Positions 28,117-40,430 of a stretch of 64,000 nt of DNA are shown here, in pieces. The translations under genes and the position numbers were made by a program. Where the stretch lies: the NCBI RefSeq assembly GCF_009914755.1, contig NC_060927.1; one strand, given 5' to 3'. The notes beneath the pieces were generated by a model. It did not search any database. It saw nothing but the letters and a program-made list of their open reading frames with translations, and was not told the origin of the DNA. The DNA comes from the human T2T-CHM13v2.0 reference genome, Homo sapiens. Within the stretch, counting starts at the first letter, position 1, and each line of letters begins with the position of its first letter.

Positions 28117-28620
28117 TTAAAATATTTCAATAGCTCCCTATTTCTGATTAAATAAATGCCGAGTCCTTAGCATAGTTTACTAGATGGTCTGTGGTCTGGC
28201 CCCCACCTACCTGTCTAGCCTCATTTTCTTCATGCTCCTTCTAGAACCCAGCCAGTGGGAACTACATGTAGCTTTCTTAGCACACCATATTATTCATACC
28301 ACCTTAGAGCTGCTTATACCACTCCTCTACCAGAGTATCATCCCCCGCTATTTTTTTTTTTTAACCTGGCTCATAGCAACTTAACTTTTAACATCTAGCT
28401 CGGGTATACTCTGGTTTCCCTGAAAAGTCATCTCTGAATTTTCATGTGTTCCCATAGGATGCAGTACTTATCTCTACCATAGCCCTCGTTGTAGAATATA
28501 ATTATTTGTCTACTTATCTATTTCCCCACTTCAATGTCAAGATCTCTGAAGGCTAGGTATCTACATATTATCTCTGCGTCTTTAGCATCCAGCACAAATG
28601 CTACTATATGTAATATCTAT
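28117..28620 (+). mobile_element. L2 continuation
   Basis: tttcaatagctccctatt...gtccttagcatagtttac...tggtctggcccccacctacctgtctagcctcat is typical L2 3' sequence. Confidence 0.65.
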
Positions 28621-29067
28621 CCTAGGAAAAGCTAAATACAAAAATGAACAAACATTATTTCAGTATCTGCTTGTCAAAGACTCTATGATATCACAGAGTG
28701 TATATACAATCTGCTTCAGTCCTCCAGAACTTTATTTGTAAATGGTGCATCAGTACCCCAAACTTAACACATTCCAAACACATTTGACTTTACCTCTACT
28801 AACGAGAGGTAAATGTAAAACTCAGTTAATGTCTCAATATCTGAAGTCATTCATTGTAGCCAACTTGGGTTCATTTTGACTTCTGCTCCTTCCTCAACCT
28901 TGATATGTCCTTCCTCACTATTTCCTTGTTTTCTCCCTCACCTTTGACCTCCTACTCATCCTTTAAGTCCCAGCTCAAATGTGACTGAATTCTTTCCTAT
29001 GCTCCAGCCAGAATGAATCGAACTTTTTTCCTGGCATTTTCATGGAACCTCATTGGTGGTGTCATAT

Positions 29068-29139
29068 GTCATCAATAATTTGCATCATTTTCTCTCGCAA
29101 GTAGTCATCAATAATTTGCATCTTTTTCTCTCACAAGTT
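29068..29139. repeat. 36-bp tandem duplication (2 copies)
   Basis: gtcatcaataatttgcatcattttctctcgcaagta / gtcatcaataatttgcatctttttctctcacaagtt. Confidence 0.95.
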
Positions 29140-29762
29140 GGTGAAGCTTTTAAAAGAAAATTATTTTCACTTGCAGAAAGGGCAAGTAAGAGGAAATATT
29201 TTCAAAACAGGGAAGTAAAGGAAGAAAAATTGAAGAAAGAAAATAAAAAACCAAAAGAAAGAAAACATCTTTTAAAAACTTTGGGGAAGTTACAGGAAAT
29301 TTTAATAAGAAATCCAGGGGAAAAAATTCTCTTTGAGAATTTATTAGAGTCTTTTAGGTATTTTGGTTATTTCTGCCCAGCCATTAACCCCACCTCTTTG
29401 CCCACACTTTTTCCCTGCCCATATGAAGAATTCATCTGTGGCTTCCTTCTGCCACAGATTATATAAAAGATTCTTCATAGAAGCAGGAACTCTCACCACT
29501 GAAGAGAGGTGTTTGCTGCTCTCATTATTTACCTGTCTCTTTTGCTTCTTTCCTCTCCAGCTTTTGCATATTCTCTGTCTCCTCTTCATCTTGCCTCAAT
29601 TCTGAATCCATTTTCTGTCTTGGTTTCCTCCTGAATGCCTACCCTGTATCTGGACTATCTTTACAACTTTGTCCTATGTCTGGATCTTTTTTTACTGGTC
29701 ATTCCTGTTTCATGTCTGTTTGTGGCTCACAAAGACAAGATAAGTACTTCCCATATTCATTC

Positions 29763-30026
29763 TTTTTTTTTTTTTTTTTCAACAGGCTAGTGCAGTGGCA
29801 CAATTTCGGCCTCCACCTTCCGAGTTCAAGAGATTCCCCTGCCTCAGCCTCCTGTGTAGCTGGGAAAACAGGCACGTGCTACCATGCCTGGCTAATTTTT
29901 TGTATTTTAGTAGAAACAGAGTTTCACCATGTTGGCCAGGATGGCCTCAATCTCCTGACCTCTTGATCCACCTGCCTCGGTCTCCCAATGTGCTGGGATT
30001 ACGGGCATGAGCCACCGCGCCCAGCC
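29763..30026 (-). mobile_element. AluS element with deletions in the right arm
   Basis: poly-T 29763-29779, Alu body ending gccaccgcgcccagcc; TSD-like cccatattcattc / cccatttcattc. Confidence 0.93.
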
Positions 30027-30119
30027 CCCATTTCATTCTTAAAGGTGAATCATCCTGGTGAAAAGTGATGGGATGACAGACTGAAATCCTTATCAGACAC
30101 ACTAAGAGTTATTTAGAGC

Positions 30120-30883
30120 TGTAGAGAAGTTTAAACCTTCCCTCTGGAGGTTGGGCAATTGAGCTTATTGAAGTAAATTGAAAATATGAAGATTAACAGG
30201 GAATAATATACAAATGTATTAATGTACACATATGTATGAAAACCCCACAAAATATGAGACTCAAAGAAGGGCCTGAGGGTTGGAGCTTAAATACCCTATT
30301 CACAGAGAAGAGGGAAATGGCAAATGGCAGGGTGGAGGGGGGAGGGTGAGAGGGGTAGCCAATTTTAGAGGAAGAGTAAATACTTTCTAAAGGAAATGAA
30401 TGAGTCCAAGGAACAGAAAATAGCCTGGGACAAAGTTTCTCTGTGCTCTGGGGGAGGTGATGACAAGTTTTAAAAGGTGAGGGGTAGAACTGCACTGTGA
30501 ACAAAGGTTGTCTTATTATGCAGGTAGTCTCTTAGGTTAAAAAAGAGTTATTTTAGAGCACCCTCCAGAGAAATAGGCAATAGCCTGTTTAGGTGTGGTA
30601 ATGACTTTTAATTTCTCCTCTGATAAATAACATTTCCTGGTTGTTTGATGAGATTCCTAGAGAGGGGGTTCAATACAGTTGCATTTCTTTAGGAAGAACC
30701 CTCCTCAGTCAGATAAGGGAATTTCAGAGAGAGCCCTCCCTGAACTTTGAAAGGAAAAGTGGGGTAGACAGCAGGAGAAGGTAAGAGAGAGACTGGTTCC
30801 GAGGCCTTTCAATCCACTTTGTTCAAAGCACTCAACATGCCAAAGTGGCATATTTTGGAGTATCATTTTCTGAGCCCCCAAAA
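30120..30883 (-). mobile_element. ERV1-class solo LTR (MER34/MER39 group-like)
   Basis: Right end reads ggggctcagaaaatgatactccaaaatatgccactttggcatgttgagtgctttgaac on minus; left end tgtag; gagc repeated on both flanks. Confidence 0.8.
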
Positions 30884-31983
30884 GAGCCCTAAAGTTATGG
30901 CTTCGTTTTTAAGAGAAATGAGTAGAAACCATAGATTGCCCTCACAAGAGCAAGCAAAGAGAAATTCTAAGAAAATGTTTTTTAAAATAAAAAAAACAAA
31001 ACCTGATAATAATTAGACTGTAAACTATGGTAATGAAGTATGACAGCTGTACCTTGCCTATAAGTAGAATTTCAACAACAACAAAAATGTTGACCAGCTG
31101 TTCTCCCTTTCCATAAGAGACAAAGCAAAGAGGAGACTCTTAAACTCCCCTAACTGTGGACATAAGGAAACATCTTTCTACTGCAAACATTATTATTTCT
31201 CAAGGATGATGTTGAACCCCAGCTCAGAGGATTTTAGAAGTTTTGAAACCACAGATCTCAGATAGCTTCATTTAATTCTGATTTTTTCTGATTGTTACAA
31301 GTTGAAAACTTAAACTTTTTATTAATTATTTTAAATGAGCTTCCCCTGCAGTGTCCATGTGCTTTCTGAGTGCTTCACTGAGAATCAGGTTGTGTTACCT
31401 GTTCTTTCACAGGACCCCTCTTTGCTGGAAGAATTTTTCTACAGAATTATTCCTCAAACTTTTAAGAACTCTGAAGACTATAATAGTCTGAAAAATAAAG
31501 AATTATTTTGTACATCTTGTTTCTATATCTTTAGGGATCATTCACTTATAGTTTCTAACTTAAGCTTTCTTGTCTTCTCACCACACCAGCCTACCACTGC
31601 AGCTGGAAGACTTTAAGACAATACATTTTAAGTCGTCTCTATTTAGAGTGTTTCACATGAAAATAAAACAAGATTGCCAGACACTGTGTTCTAAAGTGGT
31701 CTTATGATGGCTTCCTCCAGCATCAGTTTTGAAAATTAAGGTTATTTGGGGAGAGAGATTCTCATCCACGGAAGATTCATAGATACATGTTCATGGCATT
31801 CTAACTTCAGAAAAGGAACAAAATAAAAATATTCATTTCATATATCCCAGCCTGTTGGCTCTCCTATCTGAGAGCACACTTCAGCAGCTGAACTATAAAT
31901 CTTAACAGTCAAACCACACTTTGTTTCACTGCAAACTACAAGACAAACACTTGTTATTTTCATGCTCTTCTACTCTATTTTTA

Positions 31984-32280
<297 letters not shown>

Positions 32281-32901
32281 TTATAAATTTAACCTTCCTG
32301 TTACTCAGCTGGTACAGCTGCAGTGATCTGCAAACCCTACAAACACAGCTGTTCAAAATAAATCCATAGTGCTTTTTATTCAAAGGAACCAAGAGGAACT
32401 CAAGGCTTCCCATTCATTTTTTTTTATTTTGTATTTTTCTGCTATTTTCCCTTGAAAATGAATATTCTGCAGTTTTGGAAAAGCTCCAGTTTTTCTTTTA
32501 TCTACAAGAAAATTGTATCTTTTGTGAAATGGAATCTATTTTTTTCAGTGTTTAGTTTAACAACACATCTAAAATTTTGAATTGGCAGGTACTTTTTAAA
32601 TAATGTCATCAAGTAAACCAGAGCTGCGTTATTGTATTTATTATGCACACAATGAGATGATAGGAATCTATTTTAATCATGCTCTTAAAGGCAAAGTCTT
32701 GAACAAAGTAAAAGATATTTCTCTTTGCTTCATGTAGTAATTGGATAATAGAATGGAAATCTATTTGGGATAAAATTTTATGTTTCTTTGTTAGTTCTGT
32801 GAAGGTAGGAACTGGGTTTTTGTCACGATGGTGACTCAGTACCTAAGAAAAGGAAACTAATCCGTATTCAGCACCTGCTATGGAACAAGTCAGGTTCTAT
32901 G

Positions 32902-33094
32902 TCAGTGGATTTCAAACTACAACAGGCATCAGAATCATCTGGAGGGCTTACTAAAACATAGACTGCTATGTGACCCCCTTGGCTTCTGACTAATGGAGGA
33001 AAGCAGGGATGAGGGTCTCATAATTTACATTTCTAATAAGTTCTAGTTGATGCTTACGGTGCTAGGCCAGGGACCACTCTTTGAAAACTAATGT
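32902..33094. mobile_element. MER5A DNA transposon
   Basis: cagtggatttcaaact...atcagaatcatctggagggctt...gggaccactctttgaaaactaatg; 8-bp TSD-like ttctatgt / tgctatgt. Confidence 0.85.
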
Positions 33095-33829
33095 GCTATG
33101 TCAAATTAGAGAAGAAATCTTCACAACATGTAAGGTATCGTGCCATTAAGACAGATGAGGAAACTGAGGCTTAGGATGCGTTAGTAATTTGTGTCTCAGT
33201 TCATATAACTGTTAAATAGCAGATCATGGACTTAAGTTGAAATATGTTTAATCCCAAAGGTTATGCTCCAAGGTATAACAATAACAACATTACTAATAAG
33301 ATTGTATTGGTTGCTATAATATGCCAGGCAGTAGTCAAAGTGCTTTACATATCTATCTCGTGTAATCCTAACAAAAACTCCGTGGAGTAGATTAGTTGAT
33401 AAATGGGCATTGAATGTTAACAAATAATTATGCACCATTTTTACAGCAAAATTTCATCAGAAATTTAAAAATCAACATATCTGCTCTATGAAAGTGTGAC
33501 ATTCCCTTGGACATAAGTTGAAAAGATATTTGTAGTAAGTAACATATTTTCATTATAAAATAAAGCTTCAGGAAGGATTCTTATCTGTTTCTAAGCAATA
33601 TACCTTAGTATAATAATGACTCCTTTGTTTTAGGTTACTGGTCTTTAATTGTTTTCTGGTCCGTCAACAACTAGACTAATGCATTGTTCTGTGTGGCTTC
33701 AGGATTTCTGACGAGCAAAAATAGTTTTTATTCATCTTCATTTCTTAAATACTTAAGGGAAAGAATAAAAATTCTGGTGCCATCTCTTTTTTTAGAACTG
33801 TATCAGGTACTTCACACATATTTTCTGAC

Positions 33830-36800
33830 TAATATAGTAAGGATATTTGTCCCCTCTGAATCTCATGTGGAATTGTAATCCCCAGCATTGGAGATGGGGC
33901 CTGGTAGAAGATGACTGGATTATGGGCACATATTTTTCATGAATTGTTTGGTGCCATTCCCTTGGTGCTGTTTTTGCAATAGTGAGTGGGTTCTCACAAG
34001 ATCTGATGGTTTAAACGTGTGTGGCACCACCCCCAGCTTGCTCCTACTCTCACCATGTGATGTTGCCTGCTTCCCCTTCACCTTCCACCACCACTGTAAG
34101 GTTTCTGAGGCCCTCACCAGAAGGTGGGCAAATGTTGGTGCCATACCTGAACAGCCTGCAGAACCGTGATCCAATTAAACCCCTTTTCTTTATAAATTAC
34201 CCAATATCAGACATTTCTTTACGGCAATGCAAAAATGGCCTGACACAGAAAATTGGTAACAAGAGTGGGGCATTGCTATAAAGATACCTGAAAACGTGCA
34301 AGTGGCTTTGGAACTGGCTAATGGGCAGACGTTGGAAGAGTTTGGAGGACTCAGAAGACAGGAAGATGAGGGGAATTTTGGAAATTCTTAGAGACTGGTT
34401 AAATGGTAGTAGCCAAAGTCCTGATAGTGATGTGGACAGTGAAGTACAGGCTGACAAAGTCTCAGATGGAAATGAGGAACTTACTGGGAACTGGAGCAAA
34501 GGTCACCCATATTATGCCTTACCAAAGACCTTAGCTGCATTGTGTTCATGCTCTAGGCATCTGTGGAAGTTTGAACTTAACAGTGATAATTTAGGGTATC
34601 TAGCAGAAGAAATTTCTACACAGCAGAGCACTCAAGATGTTCCCTGGCTGCTTCTAATAGCCTAGCTTAGATATGGGAGCAAGAAATAAAGGTGGAAATT
34701 ATATTTAAAGAAAAAGCAGAGTATAAATGTTTAGGAAATTTGCAGCCCAGTCATGTGGCAAACAAACAAATTTAAAAAAAGCATTATCAAGAGAGAAATT
34801 CAAGCAGGCTGTGGAGCAACCACTTGCTAAAGAGATCTGTATAACTAAAAGAGAGCCAAGAGCTAATATCCAAGACAACAGAAAAAAGGCCTTGAAGGCC
34901 TTCTAGACAGCCCCTCCCATCACAGGCCCACAGGCATAGAAGGAATACACCACTGTTCTCCATATCCGTGCAGCTCCAGCTCCAGCTGTGGCTCAAAGGG
35001 CCCCAGATACAACTCAGGCAGCCACTCCAGAGTGTGTAAGCCATAGCTTTGGTGGCTTCCACGTGGTGTTAAGCCTGCAGGTACACAGAGTGCAAGAGTG
35101 AAGGAGGCTTGACAATCTCACCTCGATTTCAGAGGATGCAAGAGAAATCCTGGGTGCCCAGCAAGAAACCTGCAGCAGGGCATAGCCCTCACAGAGAATA
35201 TCTGCTACCACAGTGCTAGTGTTACTGGGGTGTCCTTGCTCCCAGAGCTCCCAAGATGGTGGCGGGCTGCTTCCAAAATGGCGGTGGGCCACTTCCAAGA
35301 TGGTGGTAAGCCTCTTGTTGTCTGACCTGGGGTTCTTGGCCTCACGGATTCCAAGGAATGGGCCATGCGGTGAGTGTTATAGCTCTATTAGAAGCCGTGG
35401 GTCATGGAAGAGAACCATGGAACCCAGTGACTAGTGTTCAGCTCAATTAGGACGAACCAGGGCACTTAGCCGTGCAGGAACAATGGCAAGCCTTTAGCCC
35501 GATCGGGAGCAGCAATGAGTGCCTTGCTGGATCAGGAGCACAGCAGACACCCTGCCAGATCCAGAGGGATGGAAGTCAGCGGTGGGTCTGTGAAGGTGGC
35601 CAGCAGCAGTGGTGGAGGGCGACTGAAAGCTCAGCCCGAGCCATAACAAACATGGACCAGAAGAGTGCAGTTGCAAGATTTAATAGAGTGAAAGCAGAGC
35701 TCCCATACAAAGGGAGGGGACCCAAAGGTGGTTGCCGTTGCCGGCTCGAATGCCTGGGTTTATATCCCGATGCTTGTCCCTCCCGCTGTGCTCTCAGGCA
35801 ATAGATGATTGGCTATTTCTTTACCTCCTGTTTTTGCCTAATTAGCATTTTAGTGAGCTCTCTGATTGGTCAGGTGTGAGCTAAGTTGCAAGCCCCATGT
35901 TTAAAGGTGGAAGCGGTCACCTTCCCAGCTAGGCTTAGGGATTGTTAGTCGGCCTAGGAAATCCAGCTAGTCCTGTCTCTCACTAGTAGAGGGGAAATGT
36001 GGGGTTGGAGGTCTCATGCAGAGTCCCCACTGGGGCACTGCCTAGTGGAGCTCTGTAAAGAGGGCCACTGTTCTCCATACTTGAGAATGGTAGATTCACT
36101 GGCAGCTTGCATCCTGTGCCTGAAGAAGCTACAGGCACTCAACTCTAACCCATGAGAACAACCACAAGGGCTGTACCCTGCAGAGACACAGGGGCAAATC
36201 TGTGCAAGACCTTGGCAGCCCACCCCTGGTGCCACTGTGCCCTGGATGTGCGCATGGAATCAAAGGAGATTATTTTGGAGCTTTAAGACGTAATGACTGC
36301 CTTGCTGAATTTCAGACTTGCCTGGAGCCTAGAGCCCCTTTCTTTTGGCCAGTTTCTCCTTTTAGAATGAAAATGTTTATCCAATGCCTATGCCCCCATT
36401 TTATCTTGAAAGTAAATGACTTTTTTATTTTACAGGCTTATAGGTGGAAGCAGCTTACCTTGTTTCAGATGAGAACTTTGAACTTTGTACTTTTAAGTTA
36501 ATGCTGGAATGAGTTAAGACTTTGGAGGACTATTGGGAGGAATGGTTTTATTTTTCAATGGGAGAAGGACATGAGATTTGGAGGTGCCAGGGATGGAATG
36601 ATATAGCCTGGATATTTGTCCCTACCCAAATCTCATGTTGAAATGTAATCCCCAGTGTTGGAGACGGGGCCTGGTGAGAGGTGTTCAGGTCATGAGGGTG
36701 GATCCCTCACGGCTTGGTGCTCTCCTCATGGTAGCAAGTCCACAGAGATCTGGCTGTTGAAAGTGTGTAGCACCTCCCCCACTCCCTCTTGCTCCTGCTG

Positions 36801-36967
36801 TCACCCTGTGATGTGCTTGCTATTGCTTCACCTTCCACCAAGCAGATACCAACATTATGGTTCCTGTACAGCCTGCAGAACTGTGAGCCAATTAAACCTT
36901 TTTCTTTTTAAATAAATTATACAGTTTCTGGCATTTTTTTATAGCAATGCAAGAGTGGTCCAATACA
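33830..36967 (+). mobile_element. Full-length MSTA-type MaLR provirus (5' LTR 33830-34247, internal region 34248-36598, 3' LTR 36599-36967)
   Basis: Two homologous LTRs (atatag..ggatatttgtcc...atctcatg); MaLR internal start gaaaattggta; ORF remnant MGRRWKSLEDSEDRKM...EELTGNWSKGH; perfect 5-bp TSD ctgac (33825-33829 / 36968-36972). Confidence 0.93.
35220..35982 (-). mobile_element. HERV-W solo LTR (LTR17), 763 bp
   Basis: Minus strand starts TGAGAGACAGGACTAGCTGGATTTCCTAGGCCGACTAA and ends GGGAGCAAGGACACCCCAGTAACA, the HERV-W LTR termini; 4-bp TSD ctag (35216-35219 / 35983-35986). Confidence 0.93.
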
Positions 36968-37188
36968 CTGACTAAGACCTTACACTTTTTCCGCTAGTAT
37001 TCTGTGGAGCCTTGGACAGGTGACTTAATGTCCTGTACCTCACTTTTCTCCTTTGTTAAATGGGGTTCACAGAACATTACATTCATGTTTATTAAGGAAT
37101 AGGAACATTCCTGACACACAGAGTAGACATTTGTATTCACACTAATCTGTTAAATAATATTATAAAAATACATTAACAACAGTGACTA

Positions 37189-37413
<225 letters not shown>

Positions 37414-38444
37414 CTATTCCTGTGAACCGAAGTAGTGATATTTGTTTATACTAATCAAGCCCTATCTTTTAACAAAATGCCTGCTAGCCAGGTGATAATA
37501 GAAAAGAGTGAGAGCCAGAGTGTCCAAGAGTCTAATTAAGCAAAGCCCTGTCCCCATAGCAACAAGGTTAGAGAAAAAATTATTTAGAAGAAAATTTTAC
37601 AGAAACACGTACATTATCCTTGCCTTATTAATAAATTATATAATGAGAAGTAAGCATCAATCCTTTGTGTCAAAGCTTATTTATTCAGTGTTAGGCGTGT
37701 ATCTTTATGGTTATGGCATCCAAAATGCAAAGAAGTTCAGTATTTCTGAGGCTTTCTCATATGAATCTATAAGAAAATTTTAGCGTAACTTGAATTCACA
37801 GAAAGGATTTTTATCAATAAAACATGGGAAATAAAATCATTACATAGCTGTATATAATCTTGTGAGAAAATAGAAAATGATCTCAAATCTATTTAAAATT
37901 CACTGTCATAGACTTCAACCTTAACAGCTACAAGTTATGTTTCCAAAAATTGTTATTAGTATCTTCAGAGCACCAAGCCAGAAAACACATCCATCGTCTC
38001 AAAATCGTGGAGAGTCCTGGGGATCTTGACTCACCCTCTTCCTTCTGCCTCCCTTCCCTGCATCCCTCAGCCCTTTATAGTTAACCATTCTTCCACTCCC
38101 TAACTTTTATTCTTATATCTTCTATGGATTTTGTAGCTATAAGACTCTGAGTTGTTTCCCATACTTTCAGCCTCAATTTTCCCCTCAATGTAATGGGACT
38201 CTTGCTGTGGATTTAAAGGAGATAAGATGGATGAAAGTTCAGAAATGTGCCTAATAAATAATAGCATTCAAGTAATGTTCATTTCCAGCTTTCTTTTTCC
38301 TCCACTCTATTTTTACCGTATCTTCCAATTTTAAAAGATTTTAAAATATCAATACAAGTAAAAAGTCTGTGTATCTCTCTTAAACTTAATATCAAATGCT
38401 ATTTGCATGGCTTTAAGTAGTAATGTATTAATTTCTTTCTCATA

Positions 38445-39115
38445 TATAAACTTTTCCTTTTAGAGGTTTTAGATTTGCAGAAAAGTTAGTAGAGCTCCAG
38501 TATATCCCTCAGCCAATTTTCCCTATTATAACATCTTACACTACCATTTGTCACAATAAAGAAATCAATATTGGTACAGTACTATTAACTGAATTCCATA
38601 TTTTATTAGAGTTTTACTAGTTTTTTCTTAATGTGATTTTTCTGTAACGTCAACATTATATTTTGTTGTCTAACTCCTTAGCCTCTGGCCTGTGACGATT
38701 TTTCTTGTTTATTATGATCTTGATAGTTTTAAGAAATACTTGTTGGATTTTTTTGGTAGAATATCCCTCAGTTTGGGTTTGTCTGATATTCTTCTCATGG
38801 TGAGACTGGGGTTATGAGTTGTTGAGAGGAAAGCAACAGAGGTGAACTGCTGCTCTTATTGCATCAAACCAAGGGTGCATGCTATCAAACTGACTTCCAT
38901 GGTTGATGTTAACCTCAATTACCTGGCCACAGTTGTATGTGCCAAGTTTTTAGTAATGTTTACAATAGCTACTGTACAGTTACTTTTTCCCTTTTTCCAT
39001 ATGTTACTCTTTGGAAGCAAGTTTTCAAGCACAATGCACATTTAAGAGGGGATGGGGGGGTAGTTAATCATGATTTCCTTGAATCAGGAGAGTATTAACA
39101 TAAATTACTTGGAAT
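38445..39115 (-). mobile_element. Old L1 (L1MC-like) 3' end
   Basis: ttttagatttgcagaaaagtt...aacatcttacactaccatttgtcacaat...gggtttgtctgatattcttctcatggtgagactggggttatg. Confidence 0.75.
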
Positions 39116-40184
39116 TACAGATTTTTTTTTCTTTTAGGAGAGCTTTGTCATTGGATAGGTGGGCAGTTTTTCCCCAATTGCACTGGAATGACATCCCTCT
39201 CCATAAGCCATCTCATGTGAGTAAGAATTAGTATTTAGCCACTATTTAGGCTTTCAAGACAAGAAATAATGATATCCTTAGAGAGGTATTTTAAGATAGT
39301 AAGGGGATCTACAAAAATAAGAAGTTGGTGTTGGATACTGAAAGCATGGAGTGTGGTACAGTTAGGCCTTGCAGTTATTGGATTAAGAATACACCTTTTT
39401 CTAGAAAAGAATTATTCATGTAAACATGTGCAAAAGATTGAGGGGGCAGGGGCCACGGTAAAGAGGTTTCCCTTTAGAGTAGTTAACAATATATCTTGAT
39501 TTTTTTTTCCAAAACACTCTAAACTCTTCCCTGTTTTCAGACCATATGCTTTCTGACTATCTCATCCTGTGGAATCTAAATCAAGTAGCTTTTATATAAA
39601 GCAAAACATTTTGCCCATTTCCACTAAAGAGTTTTATCCACAGAGGGAGAAAAGTAGTCAGACGGTAGGAGAGAATCTCTTGGAAATCACAACAAATTAA
39701 GTCAACAATCTATTGCTTCCTTTTCACAGACAGACATCTGACATTTGCAGGAGTGGTTACTCTGAAAATGCACAGGGAACTGGAAAAAGGCAAATATTCT
39801 CAAGAGGAGAAGTGATGGATGAAGACAAAGAAGCAGAATAATGTAATACCAGGCTTAAATAGAGTTTTAAAACATTTTGCAAAAATGCCTTAGTAGGTGA
39901 TGCAGGAAGGCGATCTACTATGGGATCCACCAGCTTTGGCATCAATCCTATGAGGAGGAAAGGCTCTAACTAATCTCACTTCTCTTGGCTCTGGCTGTGG
40001 AAGGGAGGTATAATGACTGTGACAATTACTCAAGTACCCTCCTAGGCATCAAAAAGGAAGTGAAAAATGCTTAGAGTAGTGGCTTATACATAGCAGGTAC
40101 TTGATAAAATATTTGATGGCTTGACTCAGAAACCAATAATTTGTCAATATTTTCACATGATGCTTGTTGGACAGGCAACACAGA

Positions 40185-40430
40185 ACAGTGATAAAGTACT
40201 AACTCTGGAGGCTGAATGCCTGCATTTGTATCCCTAGTTCACCTCTTGGTTGGTTGACCTTGTGCAAATCTGTTAACTTCTCCGCCTCTGTTTTTCAAGT
40301 TGTGAAATGGGGATGACAATAGTAGCTATCTTCTAGGATTACAGTGAGAATTAAATGAGGTAAACACATAAAGACCTTAGAACAGGCCCTGAAATATAAT
40401 CAGGGCTCAGTTGGTATTGGCTACTATCAC
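40185..40430 (+). mobile_element. MIR SINE, near full length
   Basis: actctggaggctgaatgcctg...gaccttgtgcaaatctgttaacttctccgcctctgttttt...tgtgaaatggggatgacaatagtagctatc. Confidence 0.8.

Noticed and set aside
29053-29466. 137-aa + strand ORF
   Set aside because: Non-ATG start, built from the 36-bp duplication and an A-rich tract; no recognisable domain or splice support
34321-34665. 114-aa ORF
   Set aside because: Remnant of the MaLR internal ORF, truncated by stops
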